From IMG/VR virus record IMGVR_UViG_2928611649_000001, positions 1 through 64,000 of that record: DNA of 64,000 bases; one strand, written 5' to 3'. The DNA is from a virus. The translations under genes were made by a program, and so were the position numbers. Of this stretch, positions 26,366-35,782 are shown in pieces. Each line of letters begins with the position of its first letter. The first letter of the stretch is position 1. Below the pieces are notes generated by a model. It was given only the letters and a program-made list of their open reading frames with translations. It made no database searches and had not been told where the DNA came from.

Positions 26366-26614
26366 ATGGGCAGCGAATCGCCCGAACGCGGCACGGTCGC
26401 CAAGTTGCTCGACTTCGTCAAGGCCGAGCGCGGCCTTATGAGTGACGCCGAGCTGGCGCGTGAGATGGGCTGCGACACGGCCTACGTGTGCAACCTGCGC
26501 AAGGAACGGATCGCCTTGTCTTCAAACACGATCCTGAACCTGCACATCAATTTCGGTATTGGCGTGCAGGAGATCTTCGACCGCTCCGGCCAGCAATTCC
26601 GCTGGGGCAAATAG
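26366..26614 (+). CDS. Small HTH protein
   Basis: LMSDAELAREMGCDTAYVCNLRKER. A terminator-like hairpin follows at ~26617-26640. Confidence 0.4.
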   Translation: MGSESPERGTVAKLLDFVKAERGLMSDAELAREMGCDTAYVCNLRKERIALSSNTILNLHINFGIGVQEIFDRSGQQFRWGK

Positions 26615-26697
26615 AAAAGCCGGCGTCCAGGCCGGCTTTGTACAGCAACTACAGAGGCAATGATGATACCACAAGAAAAAATCACGGCGGTGAATCC

Positions 26698-26880
26698 ATG
26701 ACGACCGCGAACTACCAAAGCACCAAGGTCGTCGAGGCCGCCAAGGACTGGCGCGTCACCGACAAAGCGGAGGCCGGTGCACCGCCGGCGGCGAAAGAGC
26801 AGGCGCGCAAGGAGCACCGTTTCAGCAAGCAGAAGCTGCGCGCCGCCGTCGACGAGCTGGCGAAGAAAGGTCAGCCATGA
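26698..26880 (+). CDS. Small hypothetical protein
   Basis: 60 aa, internal start of the track ORF 26488..26880. Confidence 0.3.
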   Translation: MTTANYQSTKVVEAAKDWRVTDKAEAGAPPAAKEQARKEHRFSKQKLRAAVDELAKKGQP

Positions 26881-27224
26881 CGCGCATCGTAAAAATATTC
26901 CCTCCGGCCGGTAGCCGCTCGCGCGCGTTGCTCATCGCACTTCAGCAAGGCCCTGGCACCTTCTACCAGGTGTGCGAGCGCGCCAACTTCGACATCGAGG
27001 ACTCCCGCCTTGAACTGGCCCTGCGCCACATCTTCGACCACATGATCGGCGGGAACGTGAGCTTGCGCGGCCTGACCTATTCGCTGACCGAAGATGCACG
27101 GATCTCGTTGGGCGAAGCGCCACCCGCGCCGTACGTTGGTCAGGTGGCCGGCCCAGCCTATCGAGGCACCGCCTATACCGCGCCCGTCAAGATTGCGCGC
27201 CGCGCTGCTGGAGCACACGCATGA
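26877..27224 (+). CDS. Hypothetical protein
   Basis: 115 aa, coupled to the methyltransferase gene. Confidence 0.4.
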   Translation: MTRIVKIFPPAGSRSRALLIALQQGPGTFYQVCERANFDIEDSRLELALRHIFDHMIGGNVSLRGLTYSLTEDARISLGEAPPAPYVGQVAGPAYRGTAYTAPVKIARRAAGAHA

Positions 27225-29617
27225 AGCGCGACGACTTCAATTTCGATCTGCTGCTGGGCGACCTTGCGGCGGGCGCGTCGACGCCGGTTCCAACGTCTCG
27301 GCCAGCAGGACCTCGTTCGCCGCGGCGCGTGAAGCGCGACTTCCTGACGCCGCAACTGGACCTGGGTCATGAGTTAATCATAGACAACTTTGCAGGCGGT
27401 GGCGGGACCAGCACCGGCCTGGAAGAAGCATTCGGCCGCCCGGTGGACATTGCGATCAATCACGACCCCGAAGCCCTGGCGCTGCACGCCATGAACCACC
27501 CGCTCACGAAGCACCTATGCGAGAGCGTTTGGGACGTCGACCCGATCAAGGTGACGAACAACCAGCCGGTCGGCTTGGTCTGGTTGTCGCCGGACTGCAA
27601 GCACTTCAGCAAGGCCAAGGGCGGCACACCAGTGGCAAAGAACATTCGCGGCCTGGCCTGGGTGACGCTGCGTTGGGCGGCGAAGTGCAAGCCGAGGGTG
27701 ATCATGCTGGAGAACGTCGAGGAGTTCAAAACTTGGGGGCCGCTGCTGGTGGACGCCGAGGGCAACTTCCGTCCAGACCCCTCGAAGAAGGGCAGGACGT
27801 TCGAAAGCTTCCTGCGCCAGCTGCGCGGCCACGGCTATACAGTCGACCACAAAGAGATGCGCGCCAGCGACTACGACACCCCGACGATCCGCAAGCGATT
27901 CTTCCTGGTTGCGCGGCGCGATGGCCTGCCGATCCGTTGGCCCGTGCCGACGAATGGCGCACCGACGTCCGCCGGCGTCCTGGCCGGTAACCTCGCGCCC
28001 TGGCGCACGGCCGCCGAGTGCATCGACTGGACCATCCCGTGCCCTAGTATCTTCGAACGCAAGCGGCCGCTGGCCGACGCCACACTGCGCCGCATCGCCA
28101 AGGGCATCCAGCGCTACGTGGTGGACGCGGAGACGCCGTTCATCATCGGGCAGGGCGGTCCGATCTATTCCGGCAAGCCGGTATCGGCCGATCAGCCGTT
28201 CGGCACGCTGACAACCGAGAATCACCGCGCCCTGGTCGTGCCCAGCATCGTACCGGTCACGCACCAGGGCGGCGACCGCAGCGAATCGGTTCATGAGCCG
28301 TTCCGCACAATCACCAGCGCCCAGCGGGGCGAGAAAGCGCTGGCCGTGGCCACGCTGGTGGATGCCGCGCACGGCGAGGTTTCGCCGAGCGGCGTCAAGC
28401 GCTGGGGGCCCGGCTGCAAGGATATTTCTACGCCACTCGGGACGGTGACGGCATCTGGCGGCAACGCAGCGCTGGTGACGGCATTCTTGAACGAACACGC
28501 CAATTCCAGCAATCAGCGCACGATGCCCGCCGACGAGCCGTTGCGCACCATCTGCGCCCAGGTCAAGGGTGGTCACTTCAGCGCCGTCTCCGCGACGCTA
28601 GTGGGCGTGGGCGGCCGTGCTGGGGAAAGCCGACCACGTGGCGCTAACGAGCCGGCGGCGACGATCACTGCGAAGGGCGATACCGCGATCGCCACTGCCT
28701 TCTTGGCGAAGCACTACACCGGTGTCGTTGGCTCTGATCTGGAAGACCCTCTCGGTACTGTGACCAGCTGCGACCACCACAGCCTGATAACTACACACAT
28801 CCAGCGCGACATGGGGCGAAGCGTCGGGCACCCTGCTGATGTACCGTTGGCAACCGTGACAGCTGGGGGCGGCGGAAAGGCGGCGTTGGTATCCGCTCAC
28901 ATTACCAAGTTCCGTACCGGCGCCACCGGCAGCGACATGAACTTGCCAGTGCCGACGATCACGGCGGGGCCCAAGGAGAACCCGGCCGGCGCACCGCACG
29001 CGCTGGGCATCGTCACCGCGCACATCGAGGCGATGTATTCGCAGAAGGGCGACGAATCACGCGGCCAGGACGCGCGCGAGCCGATCAAGACCGTCACGGC
29101 CAGCGCCCAGCACGCGGTGATGACCAGTAGCCTTGTGAAGCTGCGTGGCACCAGCAGCACGGCCAGTATGGATGAGCCGCTGCACACGGTCAGCGCCGGC
29201 GGCCAGCACCACGCCGAGGTGCGTGCCTTCTTGCTTGCGTACTACGGTACCGATCAGGACCAGTCGCCGAATTCGCCGCTGGCCACCGTGACGAGCCGCG
29301 ACCGCTTCGGCCTGGTTACCATCCAGGGCGTCGACTACCAGATCGTCGATATCGGTCTGCGCATGCTGGAGCCGGCCGAACTGTACCGCGCCCAAGGCTT
29401 CCCTGCCGCCTACGTGATCCGCGAAATCCCGGACCCGAAGCTGCTGTTCAAGGATGGGCATCAGGCCGATGGTAACCCATTGGATCTGCCGCGCGTGCCG
29501 CTGACGAAATCAGCCCAGGTGCGGATGTGCGGCAACAGCGTTTGTCCGCCGATGGCGCGGGCGCTGATCCAGGCGAACTTCATGCACGAGCGCGAGATGG
29601 GGACGGTCGCAGCATGA
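27221..29617 (+). CDS. DNA (cytosine-5)-methyltransferase with a greatly expanded target-recognition region (11 tandem TRD-like repeats)
   Basis: Motif I DNFAGGGGTSTG. PC motif PDCKHFSKAKG. ENVEEF is present. The C-terminal RMLEPAELYRAQGFPAAYVI matches the motif IX/X region. Between them are ~500 aa of repeats of the form (D/E)xPLxTVTAxGGxxALV. Confidence 0.8.
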   Translation: MKRDDFNFDLLLGDLAAGASTPVPTSRPAGPRSPRRVKRDFLTPQLDLGHELIIDNFAGGGGTSTGLEEAFGRPVDIAINHDPEALALHAMNHPLTKHLCESVWDVDPIKVTNNQPVGLVWLSPDCKHFSKAKGGTPVAKNIRGLAWVTLRWAAKCKPRVIMLENVEEFKTWGPLLVDAEGNFRPDPSKKGRTFESFLRQLRGHGYTVDHKEMRASDYDTPTIRKRFFLVARRDGLPIRWPVPTNGAPTSAGVLAGNLAPWRTAAECIDWTIPCPSIFERKRPLADATLRRIAKGIQRYVVDAETPFIIGQGGPIYSGKPVSADQPFGTLTTENHRALVVPSIVPVTHQGGDRSESVHEPFRTITSAQRGEKALAVATLVDAAHGEVSPSGVKRWGPGCKDISTPLGTVTASGGNAALVTAFLNEHANSSNQRTMPADEPLRTICAQVKGGHFSAVSATLVGVGGRAGESRPRGANEPAATITAKGDTAIATAFLAKHYTGVVGSDLEDPLGTVTSCDHHSLITTHIQRDMGRSVGHPADVPLATVTAGGGGKAALVSAHITKFRTGATGSDMNLPVPTITAGPKENPAGAPHALGIVTAHIEAMYSQKGDESRGQDAREPIKTVTASAQHAVMTSSLVKLRGTSSTASMDEPLHTVSAGGQHHAEVRAFLLAYYGTDQDQSPNSPLATVTSRDRFGLVTIQGVDYQIVDIGLRMLEPAELYRAQGFPAAYVIREIPDPKLLFKDGHQADGNPLDLPRVPLTKSAQVRMCGNSVCPPMARALIQANFMHEREMGTVAA

Positions 29618-29628
29618 CGCTCGCTTCG

Positions 29629-30210
29629 TCAATTACTCTGCGGCGGAAGGTTTGTGACTTCCATCTTAATTGCTTGGCGGCCGGAGAGCACCGCTTCAAT
29701 ACCGGATCTGATTGCATTTGCCTGATTCTCCAGGTTGTTGTGGGCTTCGGGGTTGTACCTACGCTCTCGCAATTCGAGTGCTTCAAAGTCGTAGCCCTGA
29801 GCGACTGCTATCGCAATAAGCAGTTCGTTGAATTTGTCGTCCCGACGCCGGAAGAGTCGATTGTGCTCATCCGGGGATGCATCTGTACCGAGATTTTCAG
29901 CGAGGGTCGCGAAGTATTCGTGCCATGCGCGCGTGACGTTCTTTTCGTCTTTGGTTTGATGACGCTCACCAGGCACAAGTCGGCCATAGAAGGCGATATC
30001 AATCATGTTGAGGGCCTGCACGTGCTCAGGCGAAAGGCGCGTTGCTCGTGTAGCCATGAGCGACCGGAAAATTCCTTCCTTCATCGAATTTTTTGCCTGG
30101 CTTCGTTCTATCCACTTTTGCGCCTGAACGGCTGCGACAGGGCCAATTACCGTTGCTAGGACTACGAGCCATTCGCCGAGTCGAACGGCTGGTTCAACTG
30201 CATCACTCAT
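29629..30210 (-). CDS. Membrane-anchored protein of unknown function (reverse-strand moron, low GC)
   Basis: Start at MSDAVEPAVRLGEWLVVLATVIGPVAAV with a GGAGGG RBS. One N-terminal TM helix. Opposite strand to its neighbours, with a local GC drop. Confidence 0.45.
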   Translation of the reverse strand: MSDAVEPAVRLGEWLVVLATVIGPVAAVQAQKWIERSQAKNSMKEGIFRSLMATRATRLSPEHVQALNMIDIAFYGRLVPGERHQTKDEKNVTRAWHEYFATLAENLGTDASPDEHNRLFRRRDDKFNELLIAIAVAQGYDFEALELRERRYNPEAHNNLENQANAIRSGIEAVLSGRQAIKMEVTNLPPQSN

Positions 30211-30243
30211 GTTGCCCTCCATTAATAGAAAGGCAAATATACC

Positions 30244-30690
30244 ATGCACTACACCCTGAACGAGGTCGACCGCCACCACCAGGTCAACATCAATGAATCC
30301 GCGCCACCGGTGTTGATCCCGAAGCGCTGCGTCTGCGGCAAGGCGGCTACTGCCAAGCAACTGGACCAGCACAGCAAGTGCGTCGCCTGCCAGCTGGCCG
30401 ACCGCGTCGCCACGCTGCAGCCGGAAGACTTGGCGATCCTGCGCCATATGGTGGGCGCGACGGATCACCACCCGCGTTCGCGCTGGGGCTTCCGCAACGA
30501 GTACTTGTGCAATCACCGCGACAAGCCGTCGATGGGGCGACTGATGTTGGCTGGCTTCGTCATCGCCGGCGATGCGATGCTTGTGTTGTCGCCATCGGAC
30601 CTGCGCTACTTCCACGCCACGGCGGCCGGATGTAAGTTGGCGGGCCTGCCGACGAAGCGCGCTTCCGTGGCGCTGGGAGCGCGGCCATGA
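30244..30690 (+). CDS. Hypothetical Cys-rich protein
   Basis: 148 aa. Confidence 0.35.
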   Translation: MHYTLNEVDRHHQVNINESAPPVLIPKRCVCGKAATAKQLDQHSKCVACQLADRVATLQPEDLAILRHMVGATDHHPRSRWGFRNEYLCNHRDKPSMGRLMLAGFVIAGDAMLVLSPSDLRYFHATAAGCKLAGLPTKRASVALGARP

Positions 30691-31091
30691 CGACCCTCTA
30701 CCTGGCCGGGCCGATGAGCGGAATCGTCGACGCTGACGGCGTTCCAAATTTGAACTTCCCACTGTTCAACGCCGAGGCCGCCCGCCTGCGCGCGCTGGGC
30801 TACACGGTCGTGAACCCGGCCGAGATCAACGGCGGCGCGGCCGAACTGGTGGCCTGCGCAGCCATGACGCCGGCCGAGCTCAAGGCCCACTGGCGCAAGT
30901 GCATGCGCCGCGACATCCCGGCCATGATGGAGTGCGACGCCATCGCGCTGCTGCCGAACTGGTTCAAGTCGAAGGGCGCCAAGCTGGAGGTGCGCATCGG
31001 CTCGGACCTCGATATGCCGATCAACATGGCGGCGGACCTGGTCGACCGGGTGTGGGATTTCTCGGATTTGGATTACGAGGAGGTGGCGTGA
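30687..31091 (+). CDS. DUF4406 (nucleoside 2-deoxyribosyltransferase-like) protein
   Basis: MTTLYLAGPMSGI...FPLFNAEAARLRALGYTVVNPAE. Confidence 0.55.
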   Translation: MTTLYLAGPMSGIVDADGVPNLNFPLFNAEAARLRALGYTVVNPAEINGGAAELVACAAMTPAELKAHWRKCMRRDIPAMMECDAIALLPNWFKSKGAKLEVRIGSDLDMPINMAADLVDRVWDFSDLDYEEVA

Positions 31092-31306
31092 TGCATTTCG
31101 ACGACACAATCCCCAGCCGCGCCGAAGCACGCCAAGATGCCCGCAAGCAGGCCCAGGCCGGCGCTGAGCGTGCACTGGCTGACGCCGACCGCCGCAACGG
31201 CGCGCTGATGCGCAAGGACTCGCGGATGGTGCGCCTGCTGAAGGCGTATTGCGCGGTGCCGGATGACGGGCGTGATGCATTCGTGGATCGGGCGGTGTCG
31301 CCGTGA
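31091..31306 (+). CDS. Hypothetical protein
   Basis: 71 aa, ATGA-coupled. Confidence 0.3.
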   Translation: MHFDDTIPSRAEARQDARKQAQAGAERALADADRRNGALMRKDSRMVRLLKAYCAVPDDGRDAFVDRAVSP

Positions 31307-31692
31307 AGCTCACAAAAGCTGAGCGTGCCACACTGGCCAGCATGTTCGTCGGCCGCTGCGCCTATTGCGGCGATCCGCTGGGCGGACGCTGGCACGCTGA
31401 CCACAAAGACCCAGTCCTGCGCGGTTATGCCGAGCCCAGCGCCGAAAATCCGACAGGCATCCTCCACACGCACCGTGATGTGATCGACAACATGATGCCG
31501 TCCTGCGCCCCCTGCAATCTGGACAAGGCCAGCTACACGCTGGAGCAGTGGCGAACGAAACTGGAAGGCTCGGCCGCATCGCTGACGCGCTACAGCTCGA
31601 CGTACCGGCATGCCTTCCGCTTCGGACTGGTGAGGCCGGTGGCCGAGCGCGTGACGTTCCACTTCGAGCGTGCCACCGAGGTGCAGCCTTGA
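31303..31692 (+). CDS. HNH endonuclease
   Basis: CAYCG...HADHKDP...CAPCN. Confidence 0.6.
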   Translation: MKLTKAERATLASMFVGRCAYCGDPLGGRWHADHKDPVLRGYAEPSAENPTGILHTHRDVIDNMMPSCAPCNLDKASYTLEQWRTKLEGSAASLTRYSSTYRHAFRFGLVRPVAERVTFHFERATEVQP

Positions 31693-32372
31693 TGCGTCGC
31701 AGCCCACTCAAGCCCGGTACCGGTTTTAAGAGCCAAGGTTTCGCGCGCGGCGAGCGCATCGAAGCCCGCGAGGTGACGAAGGTCAAGGTGGCGCGCGAGA
31801 AGAAGCACAAGTGCGCTGTGCGGACTTGCCGCGCCGAGTTCGTCCGGCCGCAGCCGTTCGTGACCTGGTGTTCGCCGGAATGCGGCGCCGCGCTGGCCAT
31901 GGCGAAGATCGAGAAGCAGCGCGCAGGCGCCGCGAAGGCGGAGCGCAAGGCCGACAAAGAGAAGCTGGCCAAGTTCAAGCGCAAGGCCGACCACGTCGCC
32001 GACTGCCAGAAGGCATTCAACGCCTGGGTGAGGTTCCGCGACCGGTTGGAGCCGTGCATCGATTGCGGCCGCCGCGCCGGCGCCGGCTCGCTCACCGGTG
32101 GCGCCTGGGACGCCGCTCACTACCTGTCGCGCGGCAGCCACCCGCACCTGCGCTTCGACGAGAGGAATGTGTTCGCCCAGCTCAAGGGCTGCAACCGGCC
32201 CGGCGGCACCACTGCGGCATCGTTTCGCGCCGGCGTCATCGCGCGCATCGGCCTGGCCGCCGTTGAGGCGCTGGAAGCCGACAACGATCCGCGCAAGTAC
32301 TCGGTCGACCAGCTGATCGCCATGACCGCGCACTACAAACAATTACTGAAAAACCTGAAAGCCGCTGCCTGA
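31692..32372 (+). CDS. ninG: NinG/Rap-like recombination endonuclease
   Basis: Multiple CxxC pairs (CAVRTC, WCSPEC, CIDCG). Position in the nin-like region. Confidence 0.5.
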   Translation: MRRSPLKPGTGFKSQGFARGERIEAREVTKVKVAREKKHKCAVRTCRAEFVRPQPFVTWCSPECGAALAMAKIEKQRAGAAKAERKADKEKLAKFKRKADHVADCQKAFNAWVRFRDRLEPCIDCGRRAGAGSLTGGAWDAAHYLSRGSHPHLRFDERNVFAQLKGCNRPGGTTAASFRAGVIARIGLAAVEALEADNDPRKYSVDQLIAMTAHYKQLLKNLKAAA

Positions 32373-32404
32373 CGGCGCCGGCATAACCATTGAACGGATG
32401 AGAC

Positions 32405-35044
32405 ATGAGTGCATTTAGCCCTGAAGAACAAAAATTGCTGATCCAGGCCGAGTACGGCCAGTTCTTGCGCGAGAAAATCAAGATGGCCCCGCTGAAGGGG
32501 TTCGACGTTCCGCTCGAGCAGATCAATCCTACTCTGAAGCCGCATACCCGTGACCTGGTGCGCTGGGGCCTGGCGGGCGGGCAGCGCGGCATCTTCGCCA
32601 GCTTCGGCCTACACAAGACCGCCACCAACATCGAAATCATGCGCCTGATCGGCGTTCACCGTCCGGGCCTGCGTCTGATCGTGCTGCCGCTGGGCGTACG
32701 CCAGGAGTTCGTGCGCGAGGCCGCGAAGCGCTTCACCGGCGAATACGCGGTCAAGCTGCAATTCATCCGGACGACCGCTGAAATGGTCGACCCGGGCGTG
32801 ATCTACATGACGAACTACGAGTCCGTCCGCGAAGGCAAGATCGATGTCGCGCTGTGCCGCGCGGTGGCGCTGGACGAGGCGGCCGTGCTGCGCAGCTACG
32901 GCAGCAAGACGTTCCAAGAGTTCCTGCCGATGTTCGAAAGCGTCGAGTTCAAGTTCGTGTTCACGGCCACGCCAAGCCCGAACCGCCTGAAGGAACTGAT
33001 CCACTACGCCGGGTTCCTGGGCGTGATGGACACCGGCCAGGCGCTGACCCGCTTCTTCCAGCGCGACAGCGAAAAGGCAGGGAACTTGACCCTCTACCCG
33101 CACAAGGAGCAGGAATTTTGGCTGTGGGTCGCCAGCTGGGCGGCCTACCTGCAAAAGCCGAGCGACCTGGGCCACTCCGACGAGGGTTATGCGCTGCCGC
33201 CGCTGGACCTGCGGGTGCACGAGCTGGCCAGCAACTACGACGCCGCTGGCGCCGAGAAGAACGGCCAGGGCCTGCTGATCCCGAATGTCGCCATGGGCCT
33301 GTCGGCCGCCGCCGGCGAGAAGCGCGAAAGCATGGCTGACCGCGTGGCCAAGGCCGTCGAGTTGGTGCTTGCGCGCGCCCCCGGCGAGCAGGCCATTGTC
33401 TGGTGCGACTTGAACGACGAGCAGCGCGCGTTGGAGAAGGCGCTGGCCGCCGCCGGCGTCACGGTTTCATCGCTGGATGGCAGCCAAGACCCGGACCACC
33501 GCGAGCAGCTGATGGACGACTGGCGCGAGCGGCGCACCGACGTGTTCCTGTCGAAGCCGGTGATGTACGGCGCCGGCCCGAACCTGCAGCAGTGCCAACT
33601 GATGATTTTCACGGGCATCGGCTTCAAGTTCGCGGACTTCATCCAGGCGATCCACCGCATCTTTCGCTTCGGCCAGGACGGCACCTGCCGTGTGCACATC
33701 CTGCATACCGAGGTTGAGCGCGCTGTGCTGGCCAGCCTGATGGAGAAGTGGCGCCTACACGACGACGCCCAGGCCATGATGGGCAATATCATCCGCACGT
33801 ACGGCCTGGACAAGCTGTCCATGCAGGACACGCTGGCGCGCACCATCGGCGTGCAGCGCCAGGTTGCCGTCGGCGAGCACTTCACCGTCGCGAACAACGA
33901 CTGCGTGCTGGAAGCGCTGGAACAGGCGGACAACTCGATGGGGATGATTCTGACTTCGATTCCATTCGGAAACATGTACGAATATTCACCGAGCTACAAC
34001 GATTTCGGCCACACACAGGACAATGCGCAGTTCTGGCGCCAGATGGATTTCCTGACCCCGCAGTTGCTACGCATCCTGCAGCCGGGCCGCATCTACGCTT
34101 GCCACGTGAAGGATCGCATCCTGTTCGGCAACGTCACCGGTGCCGGCATCCCGACGGTGAGCCCATTCCACGCTGAGGCGATCTTCCACGGGCTGAAGCA
34201 CCGCTTCGACTACATGGGCATGATCACGGTCGTGACCGACGTGGTGCGCGAGAACAATCAGACCTACCGCCTGGGCTATTCCGAGGTCTGCAAGGACGGC
34301 ACGAAGATGGGCGTCGGCATGCCCGAGTACATCCTGCTGTTCCACAAGCCGCAGACCGACCGCTCGCGCGGCTACGCCGATACGCCAGTCACCAAGGCAA
34401 AGCCGCTGTGCCAGGGAGATGACGGCACGCCGGTGGACTTCGATCGCACGCTGCCGCCAATTCCCGGCACCGGCTACACCGTCGCGCGCTGGCAGGTCGA
34501 CGCGCATGCGTTCTGGCGATCGGGCGGCAACCGCCTGCTGGGCGCGGCGGAGCTGGCCTCCTATGGGCCGGCAAAACTGGCGAAGATGTTCACCGAGCTG
34601 TCGCTGACCAATGTCTACGACTACGAACTGCATGTCGGCGTCGGCGAGCACATGCTGGCCAACAAGGCGCTGCCGGCCACCTATATGAGCCTGGCGCCCG
34701 GCAGCAGCGATCCGATGGTATGGCATGACATTGTCCGCATGCGCACCTTGAACGGCGAGCAGTCGGCGCGCGCGGTCGAGAAGCATGTTTGCCCATTCCA
34801 GGTTGATGTCGTCGACCGCCTGATCCTGCGCTACACGAACCCGGGCGAGAAGGTCTATGACCCGTTCAGCGGCCTCGGCACGGTACCGGTGCGTGCGGTG
34901 AAGCTGCGCCGCTACGGCGGCGGGTCCGAGCTCAGCACCAGCTACTTCGCCGACCAGGTGCACTATTGCCAGGCGGCCGAGCGCGAAATCAGCATCCCGA
35001 CGTTGTTCGACCTGGTGGCGCTCGACCAGAAGAACGCATCGTGA
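32405..35044 (+). CDS. Fusion protein: SNF2/superfamily-2 helicase N-terminal half plus beta-class N6-adenine/N4-cytosine DNA methyltransferase C-terminal half
   Basis: The C-terminal half has MILTSIPFG (a DPPY-like motif IV) followed by DPFSGLGTVP (motif I FxGxG). The N-terminal ~450 aa is helicase-like. Confidence 0.65.
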   Translation: MSAFSPEEQKLLIQAEYGQFLREKIKMAPLKGFDVPLEQINPTLKPHTRDLVRWGLAGGQRGIFASFGLHKTATNIEIMRLIGVHRPGLRLIVLPLGVRQEFVREAAKRFTGEYAVKLQFIRTTAEMVDPGVIYMTNYESVREGKIDVALCRAVALDEAAVLRSYGSKTFQEFLPMFESVEFKFVFTATPSPNRLKELIHYAGFLGVMDTGQALTRFFQRDSEKAGNLTLYPHKEQEFWLWVASWAAYLQKPSDLGHSDEGYALPPLDLRVHELASNYDAAGAEKNGQGLLIPNVAMGLSAAAGEKRESMADRVAKAVELVLARAPGEQAIVWCDLNDEQRALEKALAAAGVTVSSLDGSQDPDHREQLMDDWRERRTDVFLSKPVMYGAGPNLQQCQLMIFTGIGFKFADFIQAIHRIFRFGQDGTCRVHILHTEVERAVLASLMEKWRLHDDAQAMMGNIIRTYGLDKLSMQDTLARTIGVQRQVAVGEHFTVANNDCVLEALEQADNSMGMILTSIPFGNMYEYSPSYNDFGHTQDNAQFWRQMDFLTPQLLRILQPGRIYACHVKDRILFGNVTGAGIPTVSPFHAEAIFHGLKHRFDYMGMITVVTDVVRENNQTYRLGYSEVCKDGTKMGVGMPEYILLFHKPQTDRSRGYADTPVTKAKPLCQGDDGTPVDFDRTLPPIPGTGYTVARWQVDAHAFWRSGGNRLLGAAELASYGPAKLAKMFTELSLTNVYDYELHVGVGEHMLANKALPATYMSLAPGSSDPMVWHDIVRMRTLNGEQSARAVEKHVCPFQVDVVDRLILRYTNPGEKVYDPFSGLGTVPVRAVKLRRYGGGSELSTSYFADQVHYCQAAEREISIPTLFDLVALDQKNAS

Positions 35045-35256
35045 CCCGCCGCCACGCACTCACTGATACCCAGGTGCGCGAAGTCTTCGCCGCCCACCAG
35101 TCCGGTGTGCGCGGCGCCGGCTACCAGTCGCTGGCGCGCCGGTTCGGCGTCGGGGTGTCCACCATCCGCGACATTTTGACCTGCCGTTCGGCCTACGCCA
35201 CGGGCAGATGCGCGCCGTCTGCACGCGCCACCGCGCAAGGAGCCGCCCATGCTTGA
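35041..35256 (+). CDS. Small HTH protein (GTG start)
   Basis: RRFGVGVSTIRDIL is an HTH. Confidence 0.3.
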   Translation: MTRRHALTDTQVREVFAAHQSGVRGAGYQSLARRFGVGVSTIRDILTCRSAYATGRCAPSARATAQGAAHA

Positions 35257-35782
35257 CCAGAGTTTTCAAGTGGCGACGCTGACCCCATTCCAGCAGGTGA
35301 CCGCGCAGCTGAAGGAGGCGCTGCGCGAGAACGCCGAGCTGAAGGCGCAGATCAAGGTGCTGACGGCGGCGCCGGCCGGCGGCAAGCCGAAGCGCGCGCC
35401 CAAGGCCCTCAAGGCATCTGGCGACTACCCGCCCGAGTTCCTTGCCGCCTACGACGCCGGCCGCAAGTGGCGCACAGGCTCGACCCTGCCGGCCGCATTC
35501 ACTGCGTGGAGCGCGCGCATCAAAAAGGGCGACGCCGACACAGCTGCGACGATCATCGCCCGCACCGCCGAGTACGCGGCCTTTTGCATCGCCACCGGTA
35601 CCGAAAAGAAAATGGCGCAGACCTTCTTCGGGCCGGGTGAGTATTGCCTGGCTGAGTGGCCCATACCGTCGGCGCCGGCCGCGCGCGGCGGCAAGTTCGA
35701 CCCAGTAGCGCACGTCAACCAAGGCAGCATGCCGCCACAAGGAGACTGGTTCGATGGAATTATCGACATCACACCACGCTGA
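35249..35782 (+). CDS. Hypothetical protein
   Basis: 177 aa. Confidence 0.4.
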   Translation: MLDQSFQVATLTPFQQVTAQLKEALRENAELKAQIKVLTAAPAGGKPKRAPKALKASGDYPPEFLAAYDAGRKWRTGSTLPAAFTAWSARIKKGDADTAATIIARTAEYAAFCIATGTEKKMAQTFFGPGEYCLAEWPIPSAPAARGGKFDPVAHVNQGSMPPQGDWFDGIIDITPR

